The position numbers and the translations under genes were made by a program. From Acutalibacteraceae bacterium (GTDB taxonomy: Bacteria; Bacillota; Clostridia; Oscillospirales; Acutalibacteraceae), in NCBI GenBank assembly GCA_045591985.1, contig JAZNTV010000077.1:18166-82165 (forward strand): a DNA stretch of 64,000 bases, given 5' to 3'. Every line of letters starts with the position of its first letter. Within the stretch, counting starts at the first letter, position 1. Below the pieces are notes generated by a model. The model was not told the origin of the DNA. It made no database searches and saw nothing but the letters and a program-made list of their open reading frames with translations. Below, one piece after another: positions 10,010 to 20,570 of the stretch.

Positions 10010-10858
10010 ATGTGTGAAAAGCCGGAATTGCTTGCTAGGCATCGCTTTACGCTGGGGGAGTGCCCTACGTGGGATGAGCGGTCGGGTACGCTGTATTTGG
10101 TCGATATTCCCGAGGGGTCTTATTGCACGATAAACTATGCGAGTGGCGAGATTAAAAAGGAAAAGGTAGCGAATATGCTCGGCTGTCTTGCCTTGTGCGA
10201 GAACGGCGACCTTCTGCTTGCCGCCGAAGACGGCGTTTATCGACGTACGGCGGACGGTACGATGCACTTGGCGCACGCGCCTTGTGTGTTACAGGGTTCC
10301 CGTTTCAATGACGGTAAGGTCGGTCCCGACGGTGCGTTTTATGCAGGAACCGCCGGCGGTGCTGGCGAGGGTGCGTTTTATCGATTGGCGGACGGTGTGC
10401 TTACGCCGCTGTTTGATAAATGCACCTGCTCCAACGGATTGGATTGGACAGCGGACAGCCGCACAATGTACTATTGCGATTCTTTGGAACACAAAATGGA
10501 ACGGTTCAGTGTAAAGGGAGCGGCCTTGCACGGTCGCGAAACCGTATGGGATATTCCGCACGAAGACGGTTTGCCCGACGGTATGACCATCGATCGCAAC
10601 GGTAACGTATGGTTGGCGTTGTGGGGCGGATGGGGCGTTGTATGTATCGATCCAGCGAAACGCCGCCTTTTGCGGCGGATCGATCTGCCGGTCAAACAAG
10701 TTACCTCATGCACCTTTGCCGGAGCGGACCTGTGCGATCTTGTGATCACCACAGCGGCACAAGGACAAGATTTGACCGAGCAACCGGAGGCGGGATATGT
10801 GTTTCGCGTACGTCTTGATGTGGGAGGGTATCCCACACGGCGATATACAAAAGGATAA
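10010..10858 (+). CDS. SMP-30/gluconolactonase/LRE family protein
   Basis: 282 aa. Beta-propeller family blocks: ECPTWDERSGTLYLVDI, RFNDGKVGPDG, NGLDWTAD, PDGMTIDRNGNVWLALWGG. Confidence 0.75.
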   Translation: MCEKPELLARHRFTLGECPTWDERSGTLYLVDIPEGSYCTINYASGEIKKEKVANMLGCLALCENGDLLLAAEDGVYRRTADGTMHLAHAPCVLQGSRFNDGKVGPDGAFYAGTAGGAGEGAFYRLADGVLTPLFDKCTCSNGLDWTADSRTMYYCDSLEHKMERFSVKGAALHGRETVWDIPHEDGLPDGMTIDRNGNVWLALWGGWGVVCIDPAKRRLLRRIDLPVKQVTSCTFAGADLCDLVITTAAQGQDLTEQPEAGYVFRVRLDVGGYPTRRYTKG

Positions 10859-10863
10859 TGAGG

Positions 10864-10899
10864 AAACCACAGCTTGCATACAGCAGGCTGTGGTTTTTT
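10864..10899 (+). terminator. Intrinsic terminator
   Basis: Hairpin aaaccacagc...gctgtggttt followed by a T-run. Confidence 0.6.
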
Positions 10900-10969
10900 A
10901 AAATATTTTTCGACGTGTGAATACAAACGGGGTGTTCAATCGTGTTGTAGGTGAAAGGAGGACTACACA

Positions 10970-11458
10970 ATGCAGCGTATCGATACGGAAAAAGACATCA
11001 GAAGGGTTGTCAATACTTACACGGACACTCTGCAAAAATTGGCGTTTACGTATTTGCACTCGGTTGCAGATGCCGAAGATGCCGTACAAGAAGTTTTTGT
11101 TAAACTGTTGGTGAAGAGGCCGCGGTTTCAAGACAGTGAACATGAAAAAGCGTGGTTGATACGGGCGGTGATCAACGTGTGCAAGGATCGCTTGCGCCGT
11201 GCTGATTACCGAAACGTTCCGATCGAAGAAGCCTTGACGGTGGAAGGTGCCGACACCGACAGCGAGTTGTTGGCAGAAGTAATGCGGCTCCCGGAGACAT
11301 ATCGAACCGTTATACACCTACACTACTACGAAGGGTATACCGTTCGTGAGATTGCCGCCATTATTCGAAAACCGATCGGAACCGTTGCCACCTATCTTTC
11401 CCGCGGGCGACAACAACTGAAAAAACAATTGGAAGGAGATCTATATGAACAAGTATAA
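10970..11458 (+). CDS. ECF-type RNA polymerase sigma-70 factor
   Basis: 162 aa. Region 2 block DAEDAVQEVFVKLL and region 4 HTH block YTVREIAAIIRKPIGTVATYLSRGRQQL. RBS GAAAGGAGG. Confidence 0.85.
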   Translation: MQRIDTEKDIRRVVNTYTDTLQKLAFTYLHSVADAEDAVQEVFVKLLVKRPRFQDSEHEKAWLIRAVINVCKDRLRRADYRNVPIEEALTVEGADTDSELLAEVMRLPETYRTVIHLHYYEGYTVREIAAIIRKPIGTVATYLSRGRQQLKKQLEGDLYEQV

Positions 11459-12203
11459 ACAGGCAATGACAAAACTGCCGTTTGATCCCGCATTCTGTGA
11501 AAAAACCATTCGTGTATTGCAAGCGCAAACAGAAACCGTTCCCGCCAAGTCCGCCCGACAATCCCTGTGGGCATACGGACGGGTCGCATTGGTCGTGGGG
11601 GCGTTGATGATAACATTGACTACCGCTGTGTTTGCGGCCGTCCGCCTGTTGACGCCCAAAGAGGTTGCCGACCATTTCGGGAATTCCGCACTGGCAGCTG
11701 CCTTCGATAGTGAGGGCGCTGTAGTGGTCAACCAAGATGTTGTTGCCGGGGAATACACCATTACTCTCAACGGCATCGTACATGGTAACGATGTTGAGGA
11801 ATACGTGGACAACACGGCGGCGAGTTATATTGTGCTTTCCGTTCGCTATACCGACGGACGAACGATCGCGGCCGAAGAGACATGGGAGAATGATCCGATC
11901 TGTCGCTTTACGGCGTCGCCGTATATCCACGGGAAACGACCGAGTGAAGTGAATTTGTTTACGCTCGAAAGTCGTGCAAGTAAATGTATTATCAATAACG
12001 TGCTCTACCTTCTTTTGGAAACAGACACCTTAGGGGCATTTGCAGGAGAAACGGCGTATTTGGGCGTAGCGGAAAGTGATACAATGGCCGTCTTTACCAA
12101 CGACGAAAAAAGTCCGTTTACCTTGAATGCCGACGGAGCGGTAGTGCTGAAAGAGGCATTTGACGAGGAAATGGCGTGTGCGGTGTTTACGTTGCCGCTG
12201 TAA
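11445..12203 (+). CDS. Putative anti-sigma factor (single-pass membrane protein)
   Basis: Overlaps the sigma gene by 14 nt. Short cytoplasmic N-terminus, one TM helix (VALVVGALMITLTTAVFAAV) and an extracytoplasmic domain. Confidence 0.5.
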   Translation: MNKYKQAMTKLPFDPAFCEKTIRVLQAQTETVPAKSARQSLWAYGRVALVVGALMITLTTAVFAAVRLLTPKEVADHFGNSALAAAFDSEGAVVVNQDVVAGEYTITLNGIVHGNDVEEYVDNTAASYIVLSVRYTDGRTIAAEETWENDPICRFTASPYIHGKRPSEVNLFTLESRASKCIINNVLYLLLETDTLGAFAGETAYLGVAESDTMAVFTNDEKSPFTLNADGAVVLKEAFDEEMACAVFTLPL

Positions 12204-12220
12204 TGGGCGAATACTTTACG

Positions 12221-12252
12221 AGGGGTTGCTTTGGCAACCCCTTTGCTTTTTT
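12221..12252 (+). terminator. Intrinsic terminator
   Basis: Hairpin aggggttgc-tttg-gcaacccct followed by ttgctttttt. Confidence 0.6.
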
Positions 12253-12272
12253 GGTTTTATGCAGAAATGCGG

Positions 12273-12301
12273 TTTACATTTCTTTGCGGATGTGGTAGAA
12301 T
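12273..12301 (+). promoter_or_regulatory. Putative extended -10 promoter
   Basis: TTTACA, 17-nt spacer ending in TGg, then TAGAAT. Confidence 0.45.
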
Positions 12302-12325
12302 ATCCTCTGAGAGGAGTTGAACGCT

Positions 12326-13015
12326 ATGCGTGACGATATTACCAGTATTCCCGTAAGCGAGGTGTTTGAACCGCGAGAGGGGTGCCCGATCTGTCGGATG
12401 CGCGATCGCTTGGAAGAACGTGTCGTGGAATACATTACCGGTGCCGCGATGATGGAACCGGACGTGCGTGAAGACACCAACAAGCAGGGGTTTTGCATTA
12501 CCCATTACCGCCGAATGTTGAAGCGTCGCAACCGTTTGGGGGTGGCACTGATGCTGGAAAGCCATTTGGCCGAAACCGAAAAGAATGTGTTTGCGGGATT
12601 GCCGTTGGTTGGCAAACGCACGACCAAACAAGTGCGTGCGGCGGAAAAGGCGGCTGACAGTTGTTTTGTGTGCAGTCAAGTGGAATGGGGAATGGAGCGT
12701 ATGCTCGCCACCGTTTGCCGTTTGTATGAGCGCGAACGGGATTTTCGCACGTTGTTTGCCGAGCAGGAGCATTTGTGTCTGCCGCACTTTTCGCGGTTGG
12801 CTGTTCCGGCCGGCGGAATGGAGAAGCGTTGGCAACAGGAATTTTTGAAAGCGGCATCGGGACTTTCACGCCAATATCTGAGGGAATTGCGTGCCGATGT
12901 ACATCATTTTACCGAGATGTTCGACTATCGCAACAACGGCGAAGAGGCCGATTGGGGAAACGCGAAAGATTCCATTGAACGTGCCGTGGAATACCTCACG
13001 TCGCGGGAACCGTAA
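12326..13015 (+). CDS. Conserved Cys-rich hypothetical protein (two CxxC...CxxH half-sites; possibly the family annotated as DUF6062)
   Basis: ATG after GAGGAG. Motifs are CPIC..FCITH and CFVC..LCLPH. The family name is from memory only. Confidence 0.55.
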   Translation: MRDDITSIPVSEVFEPREGCPICRMRDRLEERVVEYITGAAMMEPDVREDTNKQGFCITHYRRMLKRRNRLGVALMLESHLAETEKNVFAGLPLVGKRTTKQVRAAEKAADSCFVCSQVEWGMERMLATVCRLYERERDFRTLFAEQEHLCLPHFSRLAVPAGGMEKRWQQEFLKAASGLSRQYLRELRADVHHFTEMFDYRNNGEEADWGNAKDSIERAVEYLTSREP

Positions 13016-13065
13016 ACCTGCGGTGTAAAGGTGAAAACAATTACCATATTTTTCGCCGAAACCTC

Positions 13066-13094
13066 TTGACAAAACACAAAATTTCGTGTATAAT
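13066..13094 (+). promoter_or_regulatory. Putative sigma-A promoter of ylxM-ffh
   Basis: TTGACA, 17-nt spacer, TATAAT (both hexamers consensus). Confidence 0.55.
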
Positions 13095-13124
13095 GAGTTG
13101 TAAAGTTTCGCGACTTTACAACTC
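13095..13124 (+). promoter_or_regulatory. Perfect 12-bp inverted repeat at the predicted transcription start of ylxM-ffh
   Basis: gagttgtaaagt-ttcgcg-actttacaactc, immediately after the -10 hexamer. Confidence 0.5.
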
Positions 13125-13155
13125 ATTTCACTTTACGAGAAGGAGGGAACCGTCG

Positions 13156-13518
13156 ATGGCCAAGAATATGGAGATCGCGTTGCTGTTCGATTTCTATGGC
13201 GAGATGTTGACAGAAAAGCAACGGGATGTCATCGAACTGTATTACGAAGATGATCTGTCGCTGTCGGAAATTGCTGAAAATGAAGGCATCACTCGTCAGG
13301 GTGTGCGGGATTCCATCAAGCGTGCGGAAACGCAGTTGCTGGATATGGAGGAACGACTTGGTTTGGCTAAGCGGTTCCGCGAAATGCAGGAAGGCGTAAC
13401 GGCCATTCTGGAAGCGGCTGACGACATTTTCGCTATCAATGAGCGGTTCGGCTATTCGCGGGAGATCAATGACCGTGCACGCCGTATTCGCGAATTGGCA
13501 CAGCAGTTGACGAAATAA
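13156..13518 (+). CDS. ylxM: YlxM/p13-like putative DNA-binding protein (UPF0122)
   Basis: Start MAKNMEIALLFDFYGEMLTEKQRDVIELYYEDDLSLSEIAE after AGGAGGGA. Conserved position directly upstream of ffh. Confidence 0.8.
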   Translation: MAKNMEIALLFDFYGEMLTEKQRDVIELYYEDDLSLSEIAENEGITRQGVRDSIKRAETQLLDMEERLGLAKRFREMQEGVTAILEAADDIFAINERFGYSREINDRARRIRELAQQLTK

Positions 13519-13531
13519 GGAGGACAGTTCC

Positions 13532-14872
<1,341 letters not shown>

Positions 14873-14945
14873 ACCGTATTCATTTCCGCAAAGCGGATGA
14901 GAATAAACAATATTTTTTAATTTATTTTTTTGGAGGTACCCTAAC

Positions 14946-15185
14946 ATGGCAGTGAAAATCAGACTGAGCCGCATGGGCGCGAAGAAAGCTCCGTTCTATC
15001 GTATCGTGGTGGCGGATTCCCGTTATCCCCGCGATGGCCGTTTCATTGAAGAGATCGGTTACTACAACCCGATGGAAGAGCCCAAGGTTATCAAAGTGGA
15101 CGCCGAGAAGGCGCAGAAGTGGATCGCGAACGGCGCTCAGCCGACCGATACGGTCCGCGATCTGCTGAAGCAGGCGGGCATCTGA
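14946..15185 (+). CDS. rpsP: 30S ribosomal protein S16
   Basis: 79 aa, beginning [26 protein letters not shown]. Confidence 0.95.
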   Translation: MAVKIRLSRMGAKKAPFYRIVVADSRYPRDGRFIEEIGYYNPMEEPKVIKVDAEKAQKWIANGAQPTDTVRDLLKQAGI

Positions 15186-15217
15186 TCCCTCGATAATCGG
15201 AAAGGACGGTCTCACAC

Positions 15218-15451
15218 ATGAAAGACTTGTTGTTGACGATTGCCAAAGGTTTGGTGGAAGATCCGGACGCCGTTACGGTGGAACAGGAAGAGGTTGCCGA
15301 AGACGGCACCATTGTTCTGCATCTGCATGTTGCGGAGGAGGATATGGGCCGCGTGATCGGCAAACAGGGCCGCATTGCGAAAGCGATGCGTACTGTGATG
15401 CGTGCCGCCGCTACCCGTCAGGATGTCAAGGTTTCGGTGGAAATCGACTAA
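15218..15451 (+). CDS. khpA: KH-domain RNA-binding protein (YlqC/KhpA family)
   Basis: 77 aa. GxxG KH motif VIGKQGRIAKAMR. Conserved position after rpsP. Confidence 0.85.
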   Translation: MKDLLLTIAKGLVEDPDAVTVEQEEVAEDGTIVLHLHVAEEDMGRVIGKQGRIAKAMRTVMRAAATRQDVKVSVEID

Positions 15452-15456
15452 GACGT

Positions 15457-15487
15457 AAAAAAGCGGGCTGTATGCCCGCTTTTTTTA
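15457..15487 (+). terminator. Intrinsic terminator or attenuator between khpA and rimM
   Basis: Hairpin aaaaaagcgggc-tgtat-gcccgctttttt. Confidence 0.6.
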
Positions 15488-15509
15488 CGAGAAGAGGAGA
15501 GTGTTTGCG

Positions 15510-16016
15510 GTGAAAAAACGGTATCTGGAAGCAGGCGAAGTAGTCAGTACCCACGGTGTGCGCGGCGAAATGCGTGTGCAACCATGGTGTGACAGTCCCG
15601 AGATGCTTGCGAAACTTCGTACATTGTATTGGGATGCCGAAGGGCGTCAGCCCGTGCGAGTAAAATCGCGTCCGCACAAAACGCTGGTACTTGTGAAGGC
15701 GGACGGCATCGATACCGTACAGGATGCCGCCGCACGGCGTGGTCATGTGCTGTATCTCGACCGTCAGGATGTTAAATTGGAAAAAGGCCGGTATTTTATT
15801 TGTGATCTCATCGGCTTGCGTGTTGTAGATGCCGATACCGCCGAGGAATACGGCGTGTTGACCGATGTGAGTGCGACCGGTGCCAACGATGTATATCATA
15901 TGGACTATCACGGTCGTGAAGTGTTGATTCCCGTGATCCCTCCGGTCGTTGATGAAGTGGATGTGGATGGCGGCGTTGTAAGGATTCATCCGTTGGAAGG
16001 GTTGTTTGACGTATGA
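15510..16016 (+). CDS. rimM: 16S rRNA processing protein RimM
   Basis: ORF track start is 15501. The GTG at 15510 is better spaced from GAGGAG. N-terminal block [15 protein letters not shown] and a PRC-barrel C-terminus. Confidence 0.85.
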   Translation: MKKRYLEAGEVVSTHGVRGEMRVQPWCDSPEMLAKLRTLYWDAEGRQPVRVKSRPHKTLVLVKADGIDTVQDAAARRGHVLYLDRQDVKLEKGRYFICDLIGLRVVDADTAEEYGVLTDVSATGANDVYHMDYHGREVLIPVIPPVVDEVDVDGGVVRIHPLEGLFDV

Positions 16017-16765
16017 GAATTGATTTTTTGACCCTGTTTCCCGAGATGTGTGAAGCGGTGATGAGCGAAAGCATCATCGGTCGTGCGCGTGCAAAAGGCG
16101 CGCTGGAGGTGCACTGCCACCAGATTCGGGAGTATACGTTGAATAAACAAAAGCAGGTGGACGATTATCCGTACGGCGGCGGTATGGGGATGGTACTGTT
16201 TCCGCAACCGATCGCGGATTGCTTCCGTGCGGTATGTGAACAGACGGGAACGCGTCCGCATCTTGTATACATGTCGCCGCAAGGGGCGGTCTTGACACAA
16301 CAGCGCGCGAAGGAACTGGCGCAGTTGCCGAATTTGTGTATCCTTTGCGGCCACTACGAAGGCGTGGACGAACGCGTGTTGGAGGCATTGGTTGACGAGC
16401 AGATCTCCATTGGCGATTACGTGTTGACCGGCGGTGAGCTGCCCGGCTTGGTGCTCGCGGATTGCGTTGCCAGATTGACTCCCGGCGTTTTGTCGGACGA
16501 AGAGTGCTTTACGGATGAAAGTCACTATTCCGGGTTGCTGGAGTATCCGCAATATACCCGCCCCGCCGAATGGGAAGGACGAGCCGTGCCCGAGATCTTG
16601 CTTAGCGGTCATCACGAGAATATTCGTAAGTGGCGGCGAGAACAAGCCGTGCGCCGCACTTTCCTTCATCGTCCCGATATGTTGGAAAAGGCGGAACTGA
16701 CCGAAAAAGAACGCGCTTTGGTGGACGAGTGGCGGCGAGAAGATGTCGAAAATGCCGAAGTGTGA
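16013..16765 (+). CDS. trmD: tRNA (guanine37-N1)-methyltransferase
   Basis: 250 aa, beginning [12 protein letters not shown]. Other blocks are [12 protein letters not shown] and [10 protein letters not shown]. Overlaps rimM by 4 nt. Confidence 0.95.
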   Translation: MRIDFLTLFPEMCEAVMSESIIGRARAKGALEVHCHQIREYTLNKQKQVDDYPYGGGMGMVLFPQPIADCFRAVCEQTGTRPHLVYMSPQGAVLTQQRAKELAQLPNLCILCGHYEGVDERVLEALVDEQISIGDYVLTGGELPGLVLADCVARLTPGVLSDEECFTDESHYSGLLEYPQYTRPAEWEGRAVPEILLSGHHENIRKWRREQAVRRTFLHRPDMLEKAELTEKERALVDEWRREDVENAEV

Positions 16766-16871
16766 CAAAAAAGTATATGTCACATTAAACAAAGAACCCG
16801 TTTGCTTTTTAGTAAATATAGGGCAAAAAAACAAAAATGTGGATTTTCATGACGAAAATCCACAAACGCGA

Positions 16872-16899
16872 TTGACGAAGCAGTTATTTGTGATATAAT
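16872..16899 (+). promoter_or_regulatory. Putative promoter of ptsH
   Basis: TTGACG, 16-nt spacer, TATAAT. Confidence 0.45.
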
Positions 16900-16977
16900 A
16901 TAGCAAGAACATATACACATTTGAAACTTTGCTCATAGGCGGGGAAGCCCGTCTTGAATCGGGAGGAGACTTTTTTC

Positions 16978-17241
16978 ATGTTTGTGAAAGATGTTGTGGT
17001 CCAAAATCAGGTCGGTCTTCACGCGCGTCCCGCGACTTTCTTTATTCAGAAGGCGAACGAGTTCAAGTCGTCCATCTGGGTGGAAAAGGAAGAGCGGCGT
17101 GTGAACGCTAAGAGCTTGCTGGGTGTTTTGTCGCTCGGTATTATCGGCGGTACTCCCATCCGTATCATTGCGGACGGCGCCGACGAACAGAACGCGGTCA
17201 ACGCGTTGGTGGCTCTGGTGGAATCGGGTTTTGCCGAATAA
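16978..17241 (+). CDS. ptsH: Phosphocarrier protein HPr
   Basis: Start MFVKDVVV after GGGAGGAG. His15 context VGLHARPA and Ser46 context NAKSLLGVLSLG. Confidence 0.9.
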   Translation: MFVKDVVVQNQVGLHARPATFFIQKANEFKSSIWVEKEERRVNAKSLLGVLSLGIIGGTPIRIIADGADEQNAVNALVALVESGFAE

Positions 17242-17253
17242 TTTTTGCAAAGC

Positions 17254-17291
17254 AAATCGGTGCAGTCAAACGACTGCACCGATTTTTGTTT
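17254..17291. terminator. Bidirectional intrinsic terminator (ptsH / MATE gene)
   Basis: 14-bp perfect stem aaatcggtgcagtc-aaac-gactgcaccgattt followed by a T-run. Confidence 0.65.
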
Positions 17292-18633
17292 ATTTCATTT
17301 CGTGACGGTGGAGCCAATCCGCTTTGCAATAATATATTGTCAACGCGATCGTACTAAGTGCCCATGTCAGCGGATATACCCAGTTGACGGGTAGGATCGA
17401 ATCGGTAAACTGTGCTGTTATTACGAGGAAAAGTACGCGTATGACACACCAAAACGCCAGCATGGTAACCATCGGTATCGAAGATAACCCTGCGCCGCGC
17501 AACACGGCCGAAAGGCAATGCGAGGCGGCAAGTAAACAATAAAACAACGCACATATGCGTGCTTTATCCACGCCGAATTGCAGCGCTTCGGGAGTGTCTG
17601 TAAAGGCGGCAATCAGAAAAGGTGCCGTTATAAAGAAGATCATACCGATGCATTCGGCAAGTAATATCGAGCAAATTACGCCGAAACGAGCCCCTTTCTT
17701 GGCGCGGTCATAGTGTGCGCCGCCGAGGTTTTGCCCCACAAAAGTCGTGAGAGCGGCGGTGAAACTGGTGATGGGAAGAAAGGCAAACCCCTCGATTTTG
17801 GAATAGGCACCGCATCCCGACATGGCCATGGGGCCGAAGGCGTTAATATTCGATTGTACACAGACGTTGGCGATGGCGATAACGGAGTTTTGCAAACCGG
17901 AGGGGAGACCGTAGCGAATAATTTCCCACAACAACGAACGGTGAAAACGAATCTTTCGCAAAGAAACCCGATAGTCTTCCTTGGTACGCAGCAGACGCCA
18001 TCCGCAAAGGACAACGCTGATGCATTGTGCTAAAACCGTTGCCAAAGCGGCGCCTTCCACATCCATTTCACAAGCAGCGATAAATATGATATCCAATATG
18101 ACGTTGAGGACGGAAGAGACTATAAGATAGTAGAGCGGATGGCGGCTGTCGCCCAGTGCCTGCATGGTTCCCGTGCAGGCGTTATAAAGCACTAAGGCGA
18201 TGCTGCCCGCGAAATAGATGCGCAAATAAGCAATCGCTTGCGGCATTACGTCGGTCGGTGTTTGCATCCACCGAAGGAACAACGGCGTCATGGTGGTGCC
18301 GATCACTGTGAGTAAAAAACCGATTACGAAACTGAAGGCCAAATTGGTGTGGATGGCTTTTGGCATGCGGTCGTTGTCTTCGGCGCCGAAATAACGCGAG
18401 ATGACCACACCGGCGCCGATGGCGATCCCCTGAAACAAACCGACCAACAAAAAGATCAAACTTCCCGTTGAACTGACGGCGGCCAGTGCGGTGTCGCCCA
18501 AAAGATTGCCGACGATCAGCGCGTCGGCCGTGTTGTACATTTGCTGAAACAGGTTGCCTAAAAACAAGGGGATTGCAAAGCGGACCAGCGTTTTGCCGAT
18601 GGGACCTTCGGTCATGCGTGTGGTAGTGTGCAT
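17290..18633 (-). CDS. MATE family efflux transporter
   Basis: ORF track gives 17290-18666. Start refined to MHTTTRMTEGPIGKTL after AAAGGAGG. 12-TM pattern and the typical MATE N-terminus PIGKTLVRFAIPLFLGNLFQQ. Confidence 0.85.
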   Translation of the reverse strand: MHTTTRMTEGPIGKTLVRFAIPLFLGNLFQQMYNTADALIVGNLLGDTALAAVSSTGSLIFLLVGLFQGIAIGAGVVISRYFGAEDNDRMPKAIHTNLAFSFVIGFLLTVIGTTMTPLFLRWMQTPTDVMPQAIAYLRIYFAGSIALVLYNACTGTMQALGDSRHPLYYLIVSSVLNVILDIIFIAACEMDVEGAALATVLAQCISVVLCGWRLLRTKEDYRVSLRKIRFHRSLLWEIIRYGLPSGLQNSVIAIANVCVQSNINAFGPMAMSGCGAYSKIEGFAFLPITSFTAALTTFVGQNLGGAHYDRAKKGARFGVICSILLAECIGMIFFITAPFLIAAFTDTPEALQFGVDKARICALFYCLLAASHCLSAVLRGAGLSSIPMVTMLAFWCVIRVLFLVITAQFTDSILPVNWVYPLTWALSTIALTIYYCKADWLHRHEMK

Positions 18634-18664
18634 CGAGGGTTCGCCTCCTTTCAATGATATATAC

Positions 18665-18692
18665 AAAAGCCGTCCTCGATGAGGACGGCTTA
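18665..18692 (-). terminator. Intrinsic terminator after rpmB
   Basis: Hairpin aagccgtcctc-gat-gaggacggctt, with a T-run on the minus strand. Confidence 0.55.
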
Positions 18693-18715
18693 CACTTTGT
18701 ATGCGGGAGACTCGA

Positions 18716-18904
18716 TTACACCGCGCGGGTAACCTTACCGGACCGCAAGCAACGCGTGCAGGCGTTCACCCGCTTCGGGGAGCCGGCAACGATTGCCTTA
18801 ACGCGCTTCACGTTGGGTTTCCAAGTACGGTTAGAACGTCTGTGCGAGTGAGAGACGTTGTTACCAAACACGATCGCTTTTCCGCAGAAATCACACTTAG
18901 CCAT
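18716..18904 (-). CDS. rpmB: 50S ribosomal protein L28
   Basis: 62 aa, beginning MAKCDFCGKAIVFGNNVSHSHRRSNRTWKPN. Confidence 0.95.
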   Translation of the reverse strand: MAKCDFCGKAIVFGNNVSHSHRRSNRTWKPNVKRVKAIVAGSPKRVNACTRCLRSGKVTRAV

Positions 18905-19121
18905 TACTTCTGCACCTCCTTTTGAACCAGCAGGTAGTTTACAACAGAAGTATGATAACAGATTTCACGCAGAAATGCAAGCCTTTTTTCGTCTTTTTTT
19001 AATGTTTTTTAGAAAGTTGTAAAAAAAGTGCAAATTCCATGCAAATATTCCCGTTTGAATCTTGTAATTTGCGGTAAAATCCTTTATACTATATAGGAAT
19101 ATGAAAAAAGGAGCGACGATC

Positions 19122-19793
19122 ATGTTGTGGTCTGTCTTGGGCGGCGGAATCGGCTCGTTTGGAGAATTGCTGTTTTTGCTGTTCGGTTATATTGTTTTGC
19201 TCGGTGTGATGATGCCGGTACACGAAGCGGCACACGCATGGGCGGCGGTAAAGTTGGGCGACGCGACGTCGAAATGGCACGGACGCTTAACGCTTAATCC
19301 TCTCGCACATTTTGATCCCATCGGTTCGTTGATGATCTTACTTTTCGGCATCGGTTATGCAAAACCGGTGCCGGTGAATCCGTATAATTTCCGCAACCGT
19401 CGGCGTGATATGGCGCTGACAGCGTTGGCGGGGCCGCTTTCCAATATCGCCATGGCCGTTCTCAGCATGGCGTTGTTTCGTGTGATATTGGTTTTCGGCT
19501 ACGCACAAATCGTCCTTTATGCGAACATCGTACTGATCGGTGTGTTTGCACGCGTCAATCTGTCGCTCGCCGTGTTTAATCTGTTGCCGTTGCCGCCGCT
19601 TGACGGCTCACGTATTTTCGGCGCACTGTTGCCCGAAAAGTGGACATACTGGATGGATCAATATCACCAATACGTTCGTATGGCGCTGTTGCTGTTGATC
19701 GTGACGGGTGTATTGGATGGACCGCTGAACTTTTTGATTCGTTTGATCGGCAATGCGGTGTGTATATTGTTCCGTTTACCGAATTTGTTTTAA
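19122..19793 (+). CDS. Site-2 protease family (peptidase M50) membrane metalloprotease
   Basis: Start MLWSVLGG after AAGGAG. HExxH motif is HEAAHAW. Second motif is NLLPLPPLDGSRI. Confidence 0.8.
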   Translation: MLWSVLGGGIGSFGELLFLLFGYIVLLGVMMPVHEAAHAWAAVKLGDATSKWHGRLTLNPLAHFDPIGSLMILLFGIGYAKPVPVNPYNFRNRRRDMALTALAGPLSNIAMAVLSMALFRVILVFGYAQIVLYANIVLIGVFARVNLSLAVFNLLPLPPLDGSRIFGALLPEKWTYWMDQYHQYVRMALLLLIVTGVLDGPLNFLIRLIGNAVCILFRLPNLF

Positions 19794-19805
19794 GGAGTAC
19801 CGCTG

Positions 19806-20567
19806 ATGGATATATCCTATAAGGTCGGCGACTTTGAAGGGCCGCTCGATCTGCTGTTGCACTTGTTGCAAAAGAATAAATTAAATATCTATGACATTCC
19901 CATTGCACAGGTGTTGGATCAGTATATGGATGCTATCCATGAGATGCAGGAATCCGACATGGAGGTCGCCTCGGAGTTTTTGGAAATGGCGGCGCGTTTG
20001 GTGCAAATGAAGTCCTATATGCTGTTGCCCAAGCACGAAGAGGGTGAGCAGTTGCGCGCGGAATTAACGGGTGAGTTGATTGAGTATCAATTGTGCCAAG
20101 AAGCGGCACGTCGCCTGGCAATGCAGGCGGTCGGCGGAGATCTCTTTGTGCGTGAACCCGATGAACCGGAACCCGATCCGACCTATCGGCGTACCCACTT
20201 GCCCGACGAGATACGCGAGGCATATTATGCTGCCGCGGGGCGCGGAAGACGGCGTCAGCCGCCACCCGTGCAAGCGTTCAGCGGGGTAATTTCACGCAAG
20301 ATCGTGTCGGTCTCATCTAAAATTGTATTTGTTCTGCGTCGCTTGCGTGAACGGACGGCGGTGTCTTATCGTTCGCTGTATGACGGTGCCAAGAGCCGTT
20401 CGGATCTGGTGGCTACCTTTTTGGCAGTGTTGGAACTGATCAAAGCCAACCGCATTCGTGTGGACGGAGAAGGCGACAGACAGATGGTACGTGTCGGTGC
20501 GGTGACGGAAGGGGAAGAGATTCCTTTGACCGTGGCGGATGAAGAAACTATAATGACTGAGGGTTAA
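19806..20567 (+). CDS. scpA: Segregation and condensation protein A
   Basis: 253 aa. N-terminal block FEGPLDLLLHLLQKNKLNIYDIPIAQV. Confidence 0.9.
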   Translation: MDISYKVGDFEGPLDLLLHLLQKNKLNIYDIPIAQVLDQYMDAIHEMQESDMEVASEFLEMAARLVQMKSYMLLPKHEEGEQLRAELTGELIEYQLCQEAARRLAMQAVGGDLFVREPDEPEPDPTYRRTHLPDEIREAYYAAAGRGRRRQPPPVQAFSGVISRKIVSVSSKIVFVLRRLRERTAVSYRSLYDGAKSRSDLVATFLAVLELIKANRIRVDGEGDRQMVRVGAVTEGEEIPLTVADEETIMTEG

Positions 20568-20570
20568 AAC

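Noticed and set aside
16838-16864. 11-bp perfect hairpin (tgtggattttc...gaaaatccaca) between trmD and ptsH, whose T-run lies on the minus strand.
   Set aside because: No minus-strand gene is nearby for it to terminate. It may act weakly for trmD or be a relic. It is not enough to call a feature.
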